DNA of 64,000 nucleotides from Myxococcota bacterium (GTDB taxonomy: Bacteria > Myxococcota_A > UBA9160 > UBA6930): NCBI GenBank assembly GCA_965223415.1, contig OZ245002.1:928001-992000 (forward strand), read 5' to 3'. A model generated the notes under the pieces. It was not told where the DNA came from and did not search any database. It worked only from the letters and a program-made list of their open reading frames with translations. The position numbers and the translations under genes are program-made. Shown here one piece after another: positions 48,989 through 57,834 of the stretch (position 1 is the stretch's first letter; the number at the start of each line of letters is the position of its first letter).

Positions 48989-50056
48989 TCAGGCGCCGAG
49001 CTTGCGCGCGAACTCCATGGCCCGCCTCGCGATCGGCCGCACCTCTCCCATCTCGGTGGCGTGCTCGCTGGCGGCGGTGCCGTCGCGCACCCGGCCGAGG
49101 ATGCCCTGGACGATGGCGGCGCTGCGGAAGAGGTTGTAGGCGGTGTAGTAGTCGAGGTGGTCCACACGCTCCCGGCCGGTGCCGCGACAGTAGGTCTCGA
49201 CGATCTCGTCTGCCGTCGGAAGGCCGCGCTCGCGAAGCTCCGGGTCGGTGAGCTTCGCCCACGGGCTGCCCGGCGAGTGGCGCGCGGCAAGGGAGTAGGT
49301 GAGATCGCCCAGCGGGTGGCCGATCGTCGCCAGCTCCCAGTCGAGGACCGCGATCACGCGCGGCTCGGTCGGGTGGACGATCGTGTTGTCGAGCTTGAAA
49401 TCGCCGTGGACGAGGCAGGAGGCGTCGTCATCCGGGATGTTCTCGGGCAGCCACTCCATGAGCCGGTCCATCTCCGGGATGGACTCGGTCTCGCTGGCCA
49501 CGTACTGCTTCGACCAGCGGCGGATCTGGCGCGCGAAGTAGTTGCCGGGGCGGCCGAAATCGGCGAGGCCGATGGACTCGGGATCGATGCTGTGCAGGCG
49601 CGCGAGGGTCTCGGTGAGGGAGGTGTAGACGGCCCGCCGCTGGTCCGGCGCCAGCTGGGGAAGGAGCGGATCCCACAGCACGCGGCCCTCGACGCGCTCC
49701 ATCACGTAGAAGGCGGTGCCGATCACCTCCCGGTCCTCGCAAAGGAGGTGGGCGGTGGGCACCGCGTAGTCGACCTGGTTCAGGGCCGCGATCACCCGGT
49801 ACTCGCGGTCGACCGCGTGGGCCGAGGGCAGGAGCTTGCCGGGCGGCTTGCGGCGCAGCACCCAGCGGCCGGAGGGACTCTCGAGCTCGTAGGTAGGGTT
49901 CGACTGGCCGCCCTTGAACTCCCGCACCGCGAGCGGACGGACGAAGCCGGGGAGCCGGCTCGCCAGGTAATCCTCGAGCCGGCCGACGTCGAAGCGGTGG
50001 GGTGCCCGGACCTCTCGGGTCCCGGTGTAGACGGCGTCCAGGTCCTCGATCGGCAT
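48989..50056 (-). CDS. Phosphotransferase family protein (APH-like, ACAD10/11 N-terminal type)
   Basis: GGQSNPTY, LRRKPPG.LLPSAHAVDREY, HGDFKLDN and VLDWEL. Confidence 0.9.
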   Translation of the reverse strand: MPIEDLDAVYTGTREVRAPHRFDVGRLEDYLASRLPGFVRPLAVREFKGGQSNPTYELESPSGRWVLRRKPPGKLLPSAHAVDREYRVIAALNQVDYAVPTAHLLCEDREVIGTAFYVMERVEGRVLWDPLLPQLAPDQRRAVYTSLTETLARLHSIDPESIGLADFGRPGNYFARQIRRWSKQYVASETESIPEMDRLMEWLPENIPDDDASCLVHGDFKLDNTIVHPTEPRVIAVLDWELATIGHPLGDLTYSLAARHSPGSPWAKLTDPELRERGLPTADEIVETYCRGTGRERVDHLDYYTAYNLFRSAAIVQGILGRVRDGTAASEHATEMGEVRPIARRAMEFARKLGA

Positions 50057-50144
50057 GGCGGCATGATAGGGCCCTCCCCTGAGGGCAAGAAGCGCAAGAT
50101 GCAAGGAACGTCCCCGGTCTTGCGTTCTCGGGGGTGGTGGCCTT

Positions 50145-50161
50145 TTGGCAGGGGGTGTGCA
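50145..50161 (+). promoter_or_regulatory. Putative sigma54 promoter for the thiolase gene
   Basis: TTGGCAGGGGGTGTGCA fits GG-N10-GC, about 40 nt upstream of ATG 50200. Confidence 0.5.
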
Positions 50162-50199
50162 AAAATCTTGCGCCATTCCTATTCGCAGGAGGTCTCCCC

Positions 50200-51396
50200 A
50201 TGGCCCGTGAAGCCGTCATCGTCGACAGCGTCCGCACCGGACTCACCAAGGCCCATCGCGGGTCGTTCAACCTGACCGAGCCGGTGGATTACACCGCCCA
50301 CGCCCTGCGCGAGGTCGTCGCCCGCCAGTCCGGACTCGACGCCGAAGAGGTCGAGGACGTGATCCTCGGCTGCGGCATGCCCGAGGGCTGCCAGGGCATG
50401 AACATGGGGCGGATCGCCGCGATGGCGGCGGGATTCCCGAAGACGGTGGCCGCCACCACCGTGAACCGCTTCTGCTCGTCGGGCTCCCAGGCCGTGGCCA
50501 TGGCCGCCCACCAGATCATCCACGAGGGCGCCGAGGTCGCGATCGGCGCCGGCGTCGAGACGATCACGATGATGCAGGACGGCACCCAGAACACCCACCG
50601 GCTGGCGAACGAGACGGCGAAGAACCGCTTCCCGGGCCTCTACTTCCCGATGGGCGTCACCGCCGAGATCGTTGCCGAGCGCTACGGCATCTCCCGCGAA
50701 GACCAGGACGCCTATTCCCTGCAGAGCCAGCAGCGCTACGCCGCCGCGGTGGACGCGGGCAAGATCGCGGAAGAGATCGCGCCCATGAAGGTCACCCGCC
50801 GGGTCCAGAAGAAGGGCGAGGAGCCCTACGACGAGGACTTCACCGTCGAAAAGGACGAGTGCAACCGGCCGCAGACTACCCTGGAGGGCCTCGCCGGCCT
50901 CCAGCCCGTGTTCAAGCCCGCCGACGAGGGCGGCACGGTCACGGCGGGCAACGCCTCCCAGCTCTCCGACGGCGCCTCGGCCACCCTGCTGATGAGTTCT
51001 GACCGGGCGAAGCAGCTGGGCCTCGAGCCCCTCGGCATCTACCGCGGCGCGGCGGTGGCCGGCTGCGGCCCGGAGGAGATGGGCATCGGCCCCGTCTTCG
51101 CCGTGCCGAAGCTGCTCGAGCGCCACGGCCTCAGCATGGACGACATCGACATCGTCGAGCTGAACGAGGCCTTCGCGTCCCAGCTCCTCTACTGCCAACG
51201 CGAGCTCGGCATCGACAACGACAAGCTCAACCCGCTCGGCGGCTCGATCTCCATCGGCCACCCCTTCGGGATGACCGGCTCGCGCATGACCGGCGCGCTG
51301 CTCCGCGAGCTGAAGCGCCAGAGCAAGCGCTACGGCATCGTCACCATGTGCGTGGGCGGCGGCCAGGGCCTCGCCTCGCTGTTCGAGGCCGCGTAG
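50200..51396 (+). CDS. Thiolase (acetyl-CoA C-acyltransferase)
   Basis: [29 protein letters not shown] and CVGGGQG. AGGAGG RBS. Confidence 0.95.
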   Translation: MAREAVIVDSVRTGLTKAHRGSFNLTEPVDYTAHALREVVARQSGLDAEEVEDVILGCGMPEGCQGMNMGRIAAMAAGFPKTVAATTVNRFCSSGSQAVAMAAHQIIHEGAEVAIGAGVETITMMQDGTQNTHRLANETAKNRFPGLYFPMGVTAEIVAERYGISREDQDAYSLQSQQRYAAAVDAGKIAEEIAPMKVTRRVQKKGEEPYDEDFTVEKDECNRPQTTLEGLAGLQPVFKPADEGGTVTAGNASQLSDGASATLLMSSDRAKQLGLEPLGIYRGAAVAGCGPEEMGIGPVFAVPKLLERHGLSMDDIDIVELNEAFASQLLYCQRELGIDNDKLNPLGGSISIGHPFGMTGSRMTGALLRELKRQSKRYGIVTMCVGGGQGLASLFEAA

Positions 51397-51416
51397 CCCG
51401 AGGGCCAGGAGACCGC

Positions 51417-52436
51417 ATGACGCTGCCCACCCCCCTGCGTCTGATGGGCGCGCCGGGCTCGCCGTACACCCGCAAGATGCGGGCGGTGCTGCGCTACCGG
51501 CGCATCCCCTACCAGCTGATCTACGGAGGCTCGCCGGAGGCCAAGGGCCTGCCCCAGCCGAAGGTGCACCTGCTGCCCACCTTCTTCCTGCCGGACGAGG
51601 ACGGCAAGGAGGTGGCGGTCACCGACTCGACGCCGCTCATCCGGCGCTTCGAAGCAGAGTTCGAGGGCCGCAGCCTCATCCCCGAGGATCCGGTGCTCGC
51701 CTTCCTGGACGCGCTCCTCGAGGACTACGGCGACGAGTGGCTCACCAAGGCCATGTTCCACTACCGCTGGTACTACGACGCGGACGTGAAGAAGGCCGGC
51801 GCCATCCTCCCCCTGTGGCAGCGCATCGACGTCAGCGACGAGGAGCTCGCTCCGTTCTCGAAGATGATCTCCGAGCGCCAGATCGAGCGCCTCTGGGTGG
51901 TGGGCTCGAACGACACCACGGCGCCGGTCATCGAGGACAGCTACCGACGCTTCCTGCGGCTGTTCGACGCGCACCTCCAGCAACATCCCTACCTGCTGGG
52001 AGATCGCCCGGGCTCCGGCGACTTCGGCGTGTACGGCCAGCTCACCCAGCTCGCGCTGTTCGATCCGACGCCGGCGGCGGTCACCTACGAGGAGGCGCCG
52101 CGGGTGATCGCCTGGGTGGAACGCATGGAGGATCTCTCCGGCGTGGAGCCCCGCGCGTGGATCGGGAGGGACGCGATCCCCGAGACGCTGAAGGCCCTGC
52201 TCACCGAGGTCGGTCGGGTCTACCCACCCTTCCTGCTGGCCAACGCGGAAGCCCTCGAGAAGGGCGCCGAGCGCGTCGAGACCACCATCGACGGCAGGCC
52301 GTGGACCCAGAAGCCGTTCCCCTACCAGGGCAAGTGCCTGCGCTGGCTTCGCGAGGCCCACACGGCCCTCGGCGCGGGCGACCGCTCGACGGTGGACGCC
52401 ATCCTGGCGGGAACCGGCTGCGAGGCGCTCTTCTGA
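51417..52436 (+). CDS. Glutathione S-transferase family protein
   Basis: SPYTRK.RA.LRY, DSTP.I, EDYGDEW..K...HYRW and YLLG.RP...DF. Confidence 0.85.
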   Translation: MTLPTPLRLMGAPGSPYTRKMRAVLRYRRIPYQLIYGGSPEAKGLPQPKVHLLPTFFLPDEDGKEVAVTDSTPLIRRFEAEFEGRSLIPEDPVLAFLDALLEDYGDEWLTKAMFHYRWYYDADVKKAGAILPLWQRIDVSDEELAPFSKMISERQIERLWVVGSNDTTAPVIEDSYRRFLRLFDAHLQQHPYLLGDRPGSGDFGVYGQLTQLALFDPTPAAVTYEEAPRVIAWVERMEDLSGVEPRAWIGRDAIPETLKALLTEVGRVYPPFLLANAEALEKGAERVETTIDGRPWTQKPFPYQGKCLRWLREAHTALGAGDRSTVDAILAGTGCEALF

Positions 52437-52699
52437 TGATGATCGAGGTGAGCGAAGCCCAGATCCGGGAGCTGCTGGAGAATGCGGGCAACCGCTTGCG
52501 GCGGCCGCATCGTGTGGGTCGGCGCCGCCGAGCGCATGGTCGTCGGGGAGGACGCGCTCGACTGGGACCAGGTCGGCCTGGTCGAGGACCCGTCGGTGCC
52601 TTCTTCGAGATGACGGGCAGCGAGGCGTACCAGGAGATCCACGTCCACCGCGACGCGGGTCTGGCCCACCAGCTGCTCGTGCAGTGCCGGTCGGCCTGA
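52436..52699 (+). pseudogene. DUF1330-like relic with an internal deletion and frameshifts
   Basis: Frame-switching fragments MIEVSEAQIRELL / GGRIVWVG...VVG...WDQVGLVE.PS / AFFEM..SEAYQEIHVHRDAGL..QLL. Confidence 0.6.
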
Positions 52700-52711
52700 C
52701 GCCGCGCTCGG

Positions 52712-53341
52712 CTACGGCTCCGCCGCCAGCAGCTTCGTGACGTGTGCGGCCTGGGCCCGCGCGAAATCCTCGTCGAGACGGAGCCGGAACACGCTCTCGA
52801 CCACCGGTCGCGCGAGGAACGGGAAGACGCTCATCGCCAGGACCGAGAGCAGGGAGAGCCGCGGGTCGAGGCCCTCCCGGAGCTGGCCCCGCTCGGAGGC
52901 GCGGGCCAGGACGCGGGCCCCGGCCGCGGCGATGCGGGGCGCGTAGCGGGAGGCGAAGTCGCCCCGCAGCTCGTCGCTCGCCAGCACGGTGCGCGCCATC
53001 AGGACCGGCAGCCAGGGACGCTCGCTCACCTGGACCAGCAGGTCCGCGAGCAGGGCCTCGGCGTCGCGGGGTCGGAGGGGCTCGGAGCTTCCCGCGGCCT
53101 CCTCGAGCCGCTCGAGCACGGGAGCGAAGCCTTCCTCGAGGAGCCCCAGCAGGAGCCCCCTCCGAGAGCCGAAGTAGTAAGGGACCATCGCGGGGGTCAC
53201 CTCGGCCCGGCCGGCGATCCCGCGGAAGGAGAGCGCGTCCGGCCCGTCCTCCAGGATCGCCTCGGCGGCCGCCCGGAGCAGGGCGGCCCGGACCCGGACG
53301 CCTCCTTTCGGACCGCGGCGGCCGGCTTGCAGCTCGGGCAT
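52712..53341 (-). CDS. TetR/AcrR family transcriptional regulator
   Basis: LLRAA...G...SFRGIAGRAEVTPAMVPYYFGS HTH. Confidence 0.9.
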   Translation of the reverse strand: MPELQAGRRGPKGGVRVRAALLRAAAEAILEDGPDALSFRGIAGRAEVTPAMVPYYFGSRRGLLLGLLEEGFAPVLERLEEAAGSSEPLRPRDAEALLADLLVQVSERPWLPVLMARTVLASDELRGDFASRYAPRIAAAGARVLARASERGQLREGLDPRLSLLSVLAMSVFPFLARPVVESVFRLRLDEDFARAQAAHVTKLLAAEP

Positions 53342-53379
53342 CGCTGGAGTTTAATTCACTATTGAAATAAATACCAGCG
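53342..53379. promoter_or_regulatory. AT-rich imperfect palindrome, probable TetR operator and divergent promoter
   Basis: CGCTGG..TTTAATTCA-CTAT-TGAAATAAA..CCAGCG between tetR and the divergent gene. Confidence 0.65.
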
Positions 53380-53396
53380 TCCGTAGGAGACCTCCC

Positions 53397-53897
53397 GTGA
53401 GCAACACCCGCCTCGCCCACCTCCGCGCGATCCTGATCCTTCCCTTCAACGTCCTCGTGGTGATCCCCACGCTCATCGCGTGGCTCGCCCGCGACCCGGT
53501 GGCGGTGGCCGGGGTCGCGGACCTCCGGCTGTGGGGTGGGCTCGCCTGCCTCGTCGCCGGGGTCGGGCTCATGGCCTGGACCATCGGGCGCTTCTTCCAG
53601 GAAGGGGACGGAACCCTCGCTCCCTGGGACCCGACCCAGCACCTGGTGGTCGCCGGCGTCTACCGCCACGTGCGCAACCCGATGATCACCGGAGTCGTGC
53701 TCAACCTGGTCGGCGAGACGCTCGTCCTGGCCTCGCCGGGCATCGGCCTGTGGGCCGCCCTCTTCTTCGCCGGCAACGCCCTCTACATCCCCCTCGTCGA
53801 AGAGCCGGGCCTCGAGAAGCGCTTCGGCGAGGACTACCGACGCTACCGCGCCGCCGTTCCCCGCTGGCTACCCCGCCTGCGCCCCTGGACCCCCTAG
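53397..53897 (+). CDS. Isoprenylcysteine carboxylmethyltransferase/PEMT family membrane protein
   Basis: GTLAPWDPT..LVV.G.YRHVRNPM and EE..LE.RFG..Y..Y...VPRW. Confidence 0.9.
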   Translation: MSNTRLAHLRAILILPFNVLVVIPTLIAWLARDPVAVAGVADLRLWGGLACLVAGVGLMAWTIGRFFQEGDGTLAPWDPTQHLVVAGVYRHVRNPMITGVVLNLVGETLVLASPGIGLWAALFFAGNALYIPLVEEPGLEKRFGEDYRRYRAAVPRWLPRLRPWTP

Positions 53898-54060
53898 CCT
53901 GTCGCGTTGGGGACCGGTTCCGCTTGTTGGGCCGCGGGGTCCAAGGCTTGGCTTCGGTGGCGTGGGCGGGCGGAGCCGAAGACCGCGAGTCCGAGGATGC
54001 CGCTGGCCAGCATCCACCTGGCGGAGGGCGCGGGCAACGGGGTTGTCGGCCCGCGGGCGG

Positions 54061-54083
54061 GGGCGACAACGAGGTTGTCGCCC
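54061..54083. terminator. Hairpin immediately downstream of the PFK-2/FBPase-2 stop
   Basis: GGGCGACAAC-GAG-GTTGTCGCCC, a 10-bp perfect stem with no T tract. Confidence 0.45.
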
Positions 54084-54085
54084 GC

Positions 54086-55327
54086 TCAGCCCGTCTCTAC
54101 CCGGGGCGGGAGCGCGGCGCGCTCCTCGAGGCAGCCGTAGGCGGTCGGCGTGAGCTTGATCAGGGTGTGGAGCGGCATCTCCAGGTGGGGCGTCTCTTCG
54201 ATGGGCAGCTGGCGGAAGTAGGCGACCATCGCCCGCAGCACGGCGCGATGGGCGATCACCAGCACCGGCGTGCGATAGCGCTCGAGCTCGATCAGGACGC
54301 GATCGATGCGGTGGATCACGTCCAGATAGGACTCACCGCGCGGATAGCGGTAGGCGAGCTTGTCCTTCTTGCGCGCGGCGAACTCGCCGGGCATCGAGCG
54401 TTCGATCTCGGTGTAGGTCATGCCGTCGCAGGCGCCGGCCTGGATCTCGTCGAGGGCCTTCCACGACCCCGCCTCCACGCCGAGGGGCGCGGCCGTCTGG
54501 AGCGTGCGGCGCAGCGTGCTGGTCCACACGTCCAGATCCCCCTCGGGCGGGAACACCTCGCGAACGTGGACCGCCAGGTTGGTGGCGTACTCCTCCCCGG
54601 CCGGAGAGAGGGAGGCGTCGCCGCCGATCCGCCCATCCAGGTTGTAGAGGCTCTGGCCGTGGCGGGTCAGCCAGACCGGGCGCCGGGTCACCTGAAGGTT
54701 CGAGAGGAAGAAGACGACCCGCCCGACGATGTACCCGTAGACCTGGTTGATCACCACCTGCGCCCCGCGATTGCGCAGCCGCAGCCAGGGGCCCTCGTCT
54801 TCCCCCAGGGTCTCGTAGACCCGCTCGTAGTGGGCGATGCGCCGGCGGAAATCCGCCAGGGCGTCGGCCTCGGGCACGCCGCGGTAATCCGGCGAGCGGA
54901 GCTTCGTCTCGCGCAGGTTCGCCTCGATGATGGCCGGATCGTCGTTCACGATCTCGACGAAGAGGAGCTCCACGTCCTCCGCGAGGGCGCGCTCGCGGAT
55001 CCACTGGCGGCGCTCGCGGGTGGAGTTCGTGGCGTCGTAGACGGCGATTCGCCCGGGCCCCCGCAGCCACGCACAGGCCTCGTCCAGGGCCTCGCGGGCC
55101 AGCTCCGCCCGCCGCAGGGAGGCCTCCCGGTTCGCGGGATCGAAGAACTCGTGGGACGGGCCGGTCCCGACGGTGGCCCGACGGTGCTCTCCCACGTTGA
55201 AGGCCAGGGTCGGATACCCGAGCCAGGAGAGGTAGCCGACGAGCTTCCGCGCGGTGAAGGTCTTGCCGCGGGCCGGCAGCCCCACCATGGCGATCAGGTG
55301 CTTTCGCCCGCGCCGGGGCCGGCTCAT
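54086..55327 (-). CDS. Bifunctional 6-phosphofructo-2-kinase/fructose-2,6-bisphosphatase (eukaryotic PFKFB-type)
   Basis: Kinase motifs MVGLPARGKT, FNVGEHRR, DATNSTRERR and SPDY. Phosphatase motifs TRHGQS..N..GRIGGD, WKALDEI.AG.C, YRYPRGESY, IAHRAVLR and PLHTLIKLTP.AYGC. Confidence 0.93.
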   Translation of the reverse strand: MSRPRRGRKHLIAMVGLPARGKTFTARKLVGYLSWLGYPTLAFNVGEHRRATVGTGPSHEFFDPANREASLRRAELAREALDEACAWLRGPGRIAVYDATNSTRERRQWIRERALAEDVELLFVEIVNDDPAIIEANLRETKLRSPDYRGVPEADALADFRRRIAHYERVYETLGEDEGPWLRLRNRGAQVVINQVYGYIVGRVVFFLSNLQVTRRPVWLTRHGQSLYNLDGRIGGDASLSPAGEEYATNLAVHVREVFPPEGDLDVWTSTLRRTLQTAAPLGVEAGSWKALDEIQAGACDGMTYTEIERSMPGEFAARKKDKLAYRYPRGESYLDVIHRIDRVLIELERYRTPVLVIAHRAVLRAMVAYFRQLPIEETPHLEMPLHTLIKLTPTAYGCLEERAALPPRVETG

Positions 55328-55376
55328 CTGTCTCCACCCTCCCGGATGCGCAACCCTAGCAGCCGGAGGTGGCACC

Positions 55377-56618
55377 ATGGCGACGATCGGAATCCTGGTG
55401 GGCGGAGGCCCGGCCCCGGGCATCAACGGCGTGATCGGCGCGGCGGCCATCTATGCCCGCCGTCACGGCGCGCGAGTGAAGGGCCTGCTCGACGGCTTCC
55501 GCTGGCTGATGGAAGGCGATGCGAGCAAGGCGACGGACCTGCACATCGGCACCGTCTCCCGCATCCACCTGCTGGGCGGCTCGGTCCTGCAGACCTCGCG
55601 GGCGAATCCGACCAAGAACCCGGAGCACCTGCGGAAGGTGGTCTCCACCCTTCGCGAGCTCGAGATCGATCACCTGGTAACGATCGGCGGGGACGACACC
55701 TGCTACTCGGCGCTGCGCGTCGCCGAGGAGGCCGGTGACGCCATCCGGGTGGCCCACGTTCCGAAGACGATCGACAACGACCTCCCGTTGCCCGAGGGGA
55801 TCCCCACCTTCGGCTTCGAGACGGCGCGCGAGACCGGCGCCACCATCCTGAGCCATCTGATGGAGGACGCGCGCACCACCAGCCGCTGGTACCTCGCGGT
55901 GATGATGGGCCGCTCCGCGGGGCATCTGGCCCTGGGGGCGGCGAAGGCCGCCGGCGCCACCCTGGCCCTCGTCGGAGAGGAGTTCCCGGAGGGACCGATC
56001 CGGCTCGCCGAGGTCGTGCGGCGCATCGAGGCGTCCATCGTCAAGCGGATCGCCTTCCATCGGCCCTACGGCGTCGCCGTGGTGTCCGAAGGCATCGGCG
56101 AGCGGCTCCACCCGGAGGATCTCGAGCGGCTCCCGGAGCTCCCGCGGGACGATCACGGCCACGTGCGGCTGGCCGAGCTACCCCTGGGGCGCCTCCTGGT
56201 CGACGGTGTGAAGCAGGATCTCGGCGAGCTCGGGCTCTCGATGACGATGGTCGCCAAGGACGTGGGCTACGAGCTTCGCTGCGTGGCTCCGAACGCCTTC
56301 GACGCCGAGTACACCCGGGACCTGGGCGCCGGCGCCGTGCGCTGCCTGCTCGACGGCACCCACAAGGTGATGATCACCCGCGAGGGCAACGGCATCCATC
56401 CGGTGCCGCTCACCGACATCCTCGATCGCCAGACCGGCCGCACCCGCGTGCGCCTGCTCGACGTGACCAGCCCGTCCTACAGCATGGGGCGGGCGCTACA
56501 GGTTCGCCTCGAGCAGGAGGACCTCGAGGATCCCCGGGCGGTGCGGCTCCTGGAAGAGGCCACCGGCCGATCGATCGGCCAGCTCCAGGAGCGATGGGCG
56601 AGCGTGCTCGGAGGCTAG
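55377..56618 (+). CDS. pfp: PfkA-family phosphofructokinase, PPi-dependent type
   Basis: GGGPAPGIN, GGDDT (Asp, PPi-type), PKTIDND (Lys, PPi-type), MGRSAG and GYELRC. GGAGG RBS. Confidence 0.88.
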   Translation: MATIGILVGGGPAPGINGVIGAAAIYARRHGARVKGLLDGFRWLMEGDASKATDLHIGTVSRIHLLGGSVLQTSRANPTKNPEHLRKVVSTLRELEIDHLVTIGGDDTCYSALRVAEEAGDAIRVAHVPKTIDNDLPLPEGIPTFGFETARETGATILSHLMEDARTTSRWYLAVMMGRSAGHLALGAAKAAGATLALVGEEFPEGPIRLAEVVRRIEASIVKRIAFHRPYGVAVVSEGIGERLHPEDLERLPELPRDDHGHVRLAELPLGRLLVDGVKQDLGELGLSMTMVAKDVGYELRCVAPNAFDAEYTRDLGAGAVRCLLDGTHKVMITREGNGIHPVPLTDILDRQTGRTRVRLLDVTSPSYSMGRALQVRLEQEDLEDPRAVRLLEEATGRSIGQLQERWASVLGG

Positions 56619-56667
56619 GAGCCGACGCCCGCGGGGCACGTGCGCATTTCGCACGGCTCCACCGACG

Positions 56668-56788
56668 GTGACGGACGAAAACCACCGGGGCGGTGGCGGC
56701 CGATGCGCACCCAGGTAGTGACGAACGACACGAACGTCGCGGTGACGAACGACACCAACGAAGCGTCCGTCACTGTGACGAGAGTTAC
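56668..56788. repeat. Intergenic direct repeats GTGACGAACGACAC
   Basis: Exact copies at 56718 and 56742 (24-bp period), with degenerate copies at 56668 (GTGACGGACGAAAA) and 56775 (GTGACGAGAG). Confidence 0.65.
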
Positions 56789-56889
56789 TGCGAGCGCCGT
56801 CGGTGAACGTGCGCGCTTCTCGTGTTCCACTCACTTCGACCGGCGGTTCAATCGCGCGTCCATTTTTTTCGTTCGGGACGCGTTTCTTT

Positions 56890-56919
56890 TTGACCGCGAT
56901 CACGCGTCGACTCTATGAT
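56890..56919 (+). promoter_or_regulatory. Sigma70-type promoter of the actin operon
   Basis: TTGACC-N18-TATGAT, preceded by T tracts at about 56863 and 56883. Confidence 0.7.
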
Positions 56920-56967
56920 GCGCCTCGTTCGAACGGCCCAAACAGCAGTTGCCGCGGACGCTCCCCC

Positions 56968-57810
56968 ATGCGCGAACCCACGCCCACCGACGGTGGACAG
57001 AGCTTCAAGATCGACGTCGCGCGCATCATCGATGCGAGCTCGCGTCGCGTTGCGGCGGACGAGCTGGGTGGCCAGGTCGTCCGGGTGGTGGACGCCAGTC
57101 GCATCGACGAAGCGATCGCCCGGGCCGTCGATGACGCCTTGCGCGCCCAGGAGACCAAGCTCGGCCGCTCCCTTCGGCGCGAGGTGGGGTTGGAGGCGAG
57201 CCGGCGCTTCGTCGACCTGATGGGCCGGCACCAACGGGCGGAAGAGGAGCGCCGCGAGGCCCATCGAGCCCGCCGGAAGCTGGAGAAGGAGCTGGACGCG
57301 CTGCGCGAGCAGCTCGCCGCGGAGAGAGCCCGGCTCGAGGGCGAGCACACAAAGGCCGCCGAGCGCGCCTTCTCCCTCTCCGACGACGGGCTTCGGGAGC
57401 TCGAGGCGCACCTGCGCCGGATCGTTTGGGGGTTCGTGAGTGACCAAAGGCGGCGGCGAGCGTTGAGCCCCGGAGGGGCGGACCTCCCGGAGCTCGCTGA
57501 GCTCGAGCGGGTGCTCGGACGCGTGCTCCATCGAGTGCTGGTCCGTGAGCGACTCGCCGCCGCCAGGCCCCTGGATCCCCCGAGCTTGCGTGAGCTCGAG
57601 AACCTGACCCACCGGCTCTTCGACCTGCACGAGCGCCTGGGCGTGCAGGAGCGGGAGATCGCGGAGCTCCGTCGGCTCCGCTCGGTGCCGCCCCGCAGCC
57701 CGCGCGGCGCTTCGACGCCGCGCCCCGGGGGCAACGAGAAGCAGGCCGTCCTCGCGGTGATCTTCAACGAGAACCTGAAGCTCCGCGCCCAGTTCCACCA
57801 AGCCAGCTGA
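56968..57810 (+). CDS. Uncharacterised coiled-coil protein upstream of the MamK-like actin
   Basis: About 280 aa with E/R/L-rich heptad segments and C-terminal EKQAVLAVIFNENLKLR. Start codon uncertain. Confidence 0.72.
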   Translation: MREPTPTDGGQSFKIDVARIIDASSRRVAADELGGQVVRVVDASRIDEAIARAVDDALRAQETKLGRSLRREVGLEASRRFVDLMGRHQRAEEERREAHRARRKLEKELDALREQLAAERARLEGEHTKAAERAFSLSDDGLRELEAHLRRIVWGFVSDQRRRRALSPGGADLPELAELERVLGRVLHRVLVRERLAAARPLDPPSLRELENLTHRLFDLHERLGVQEREIAELRRLRSVPPRSPRGASTPRPGGNEKQAVLAVIFNENLKLRAQFHQAS

Positions 57811-57834
57811 TCCACAGGATCGAAAGGGAGTCCC

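Noticed and set aside
56668..56788. CRISPR array
   Set aside because: Only two exact 14-bp repeats with a 10-bp spacer, and no cas genes.
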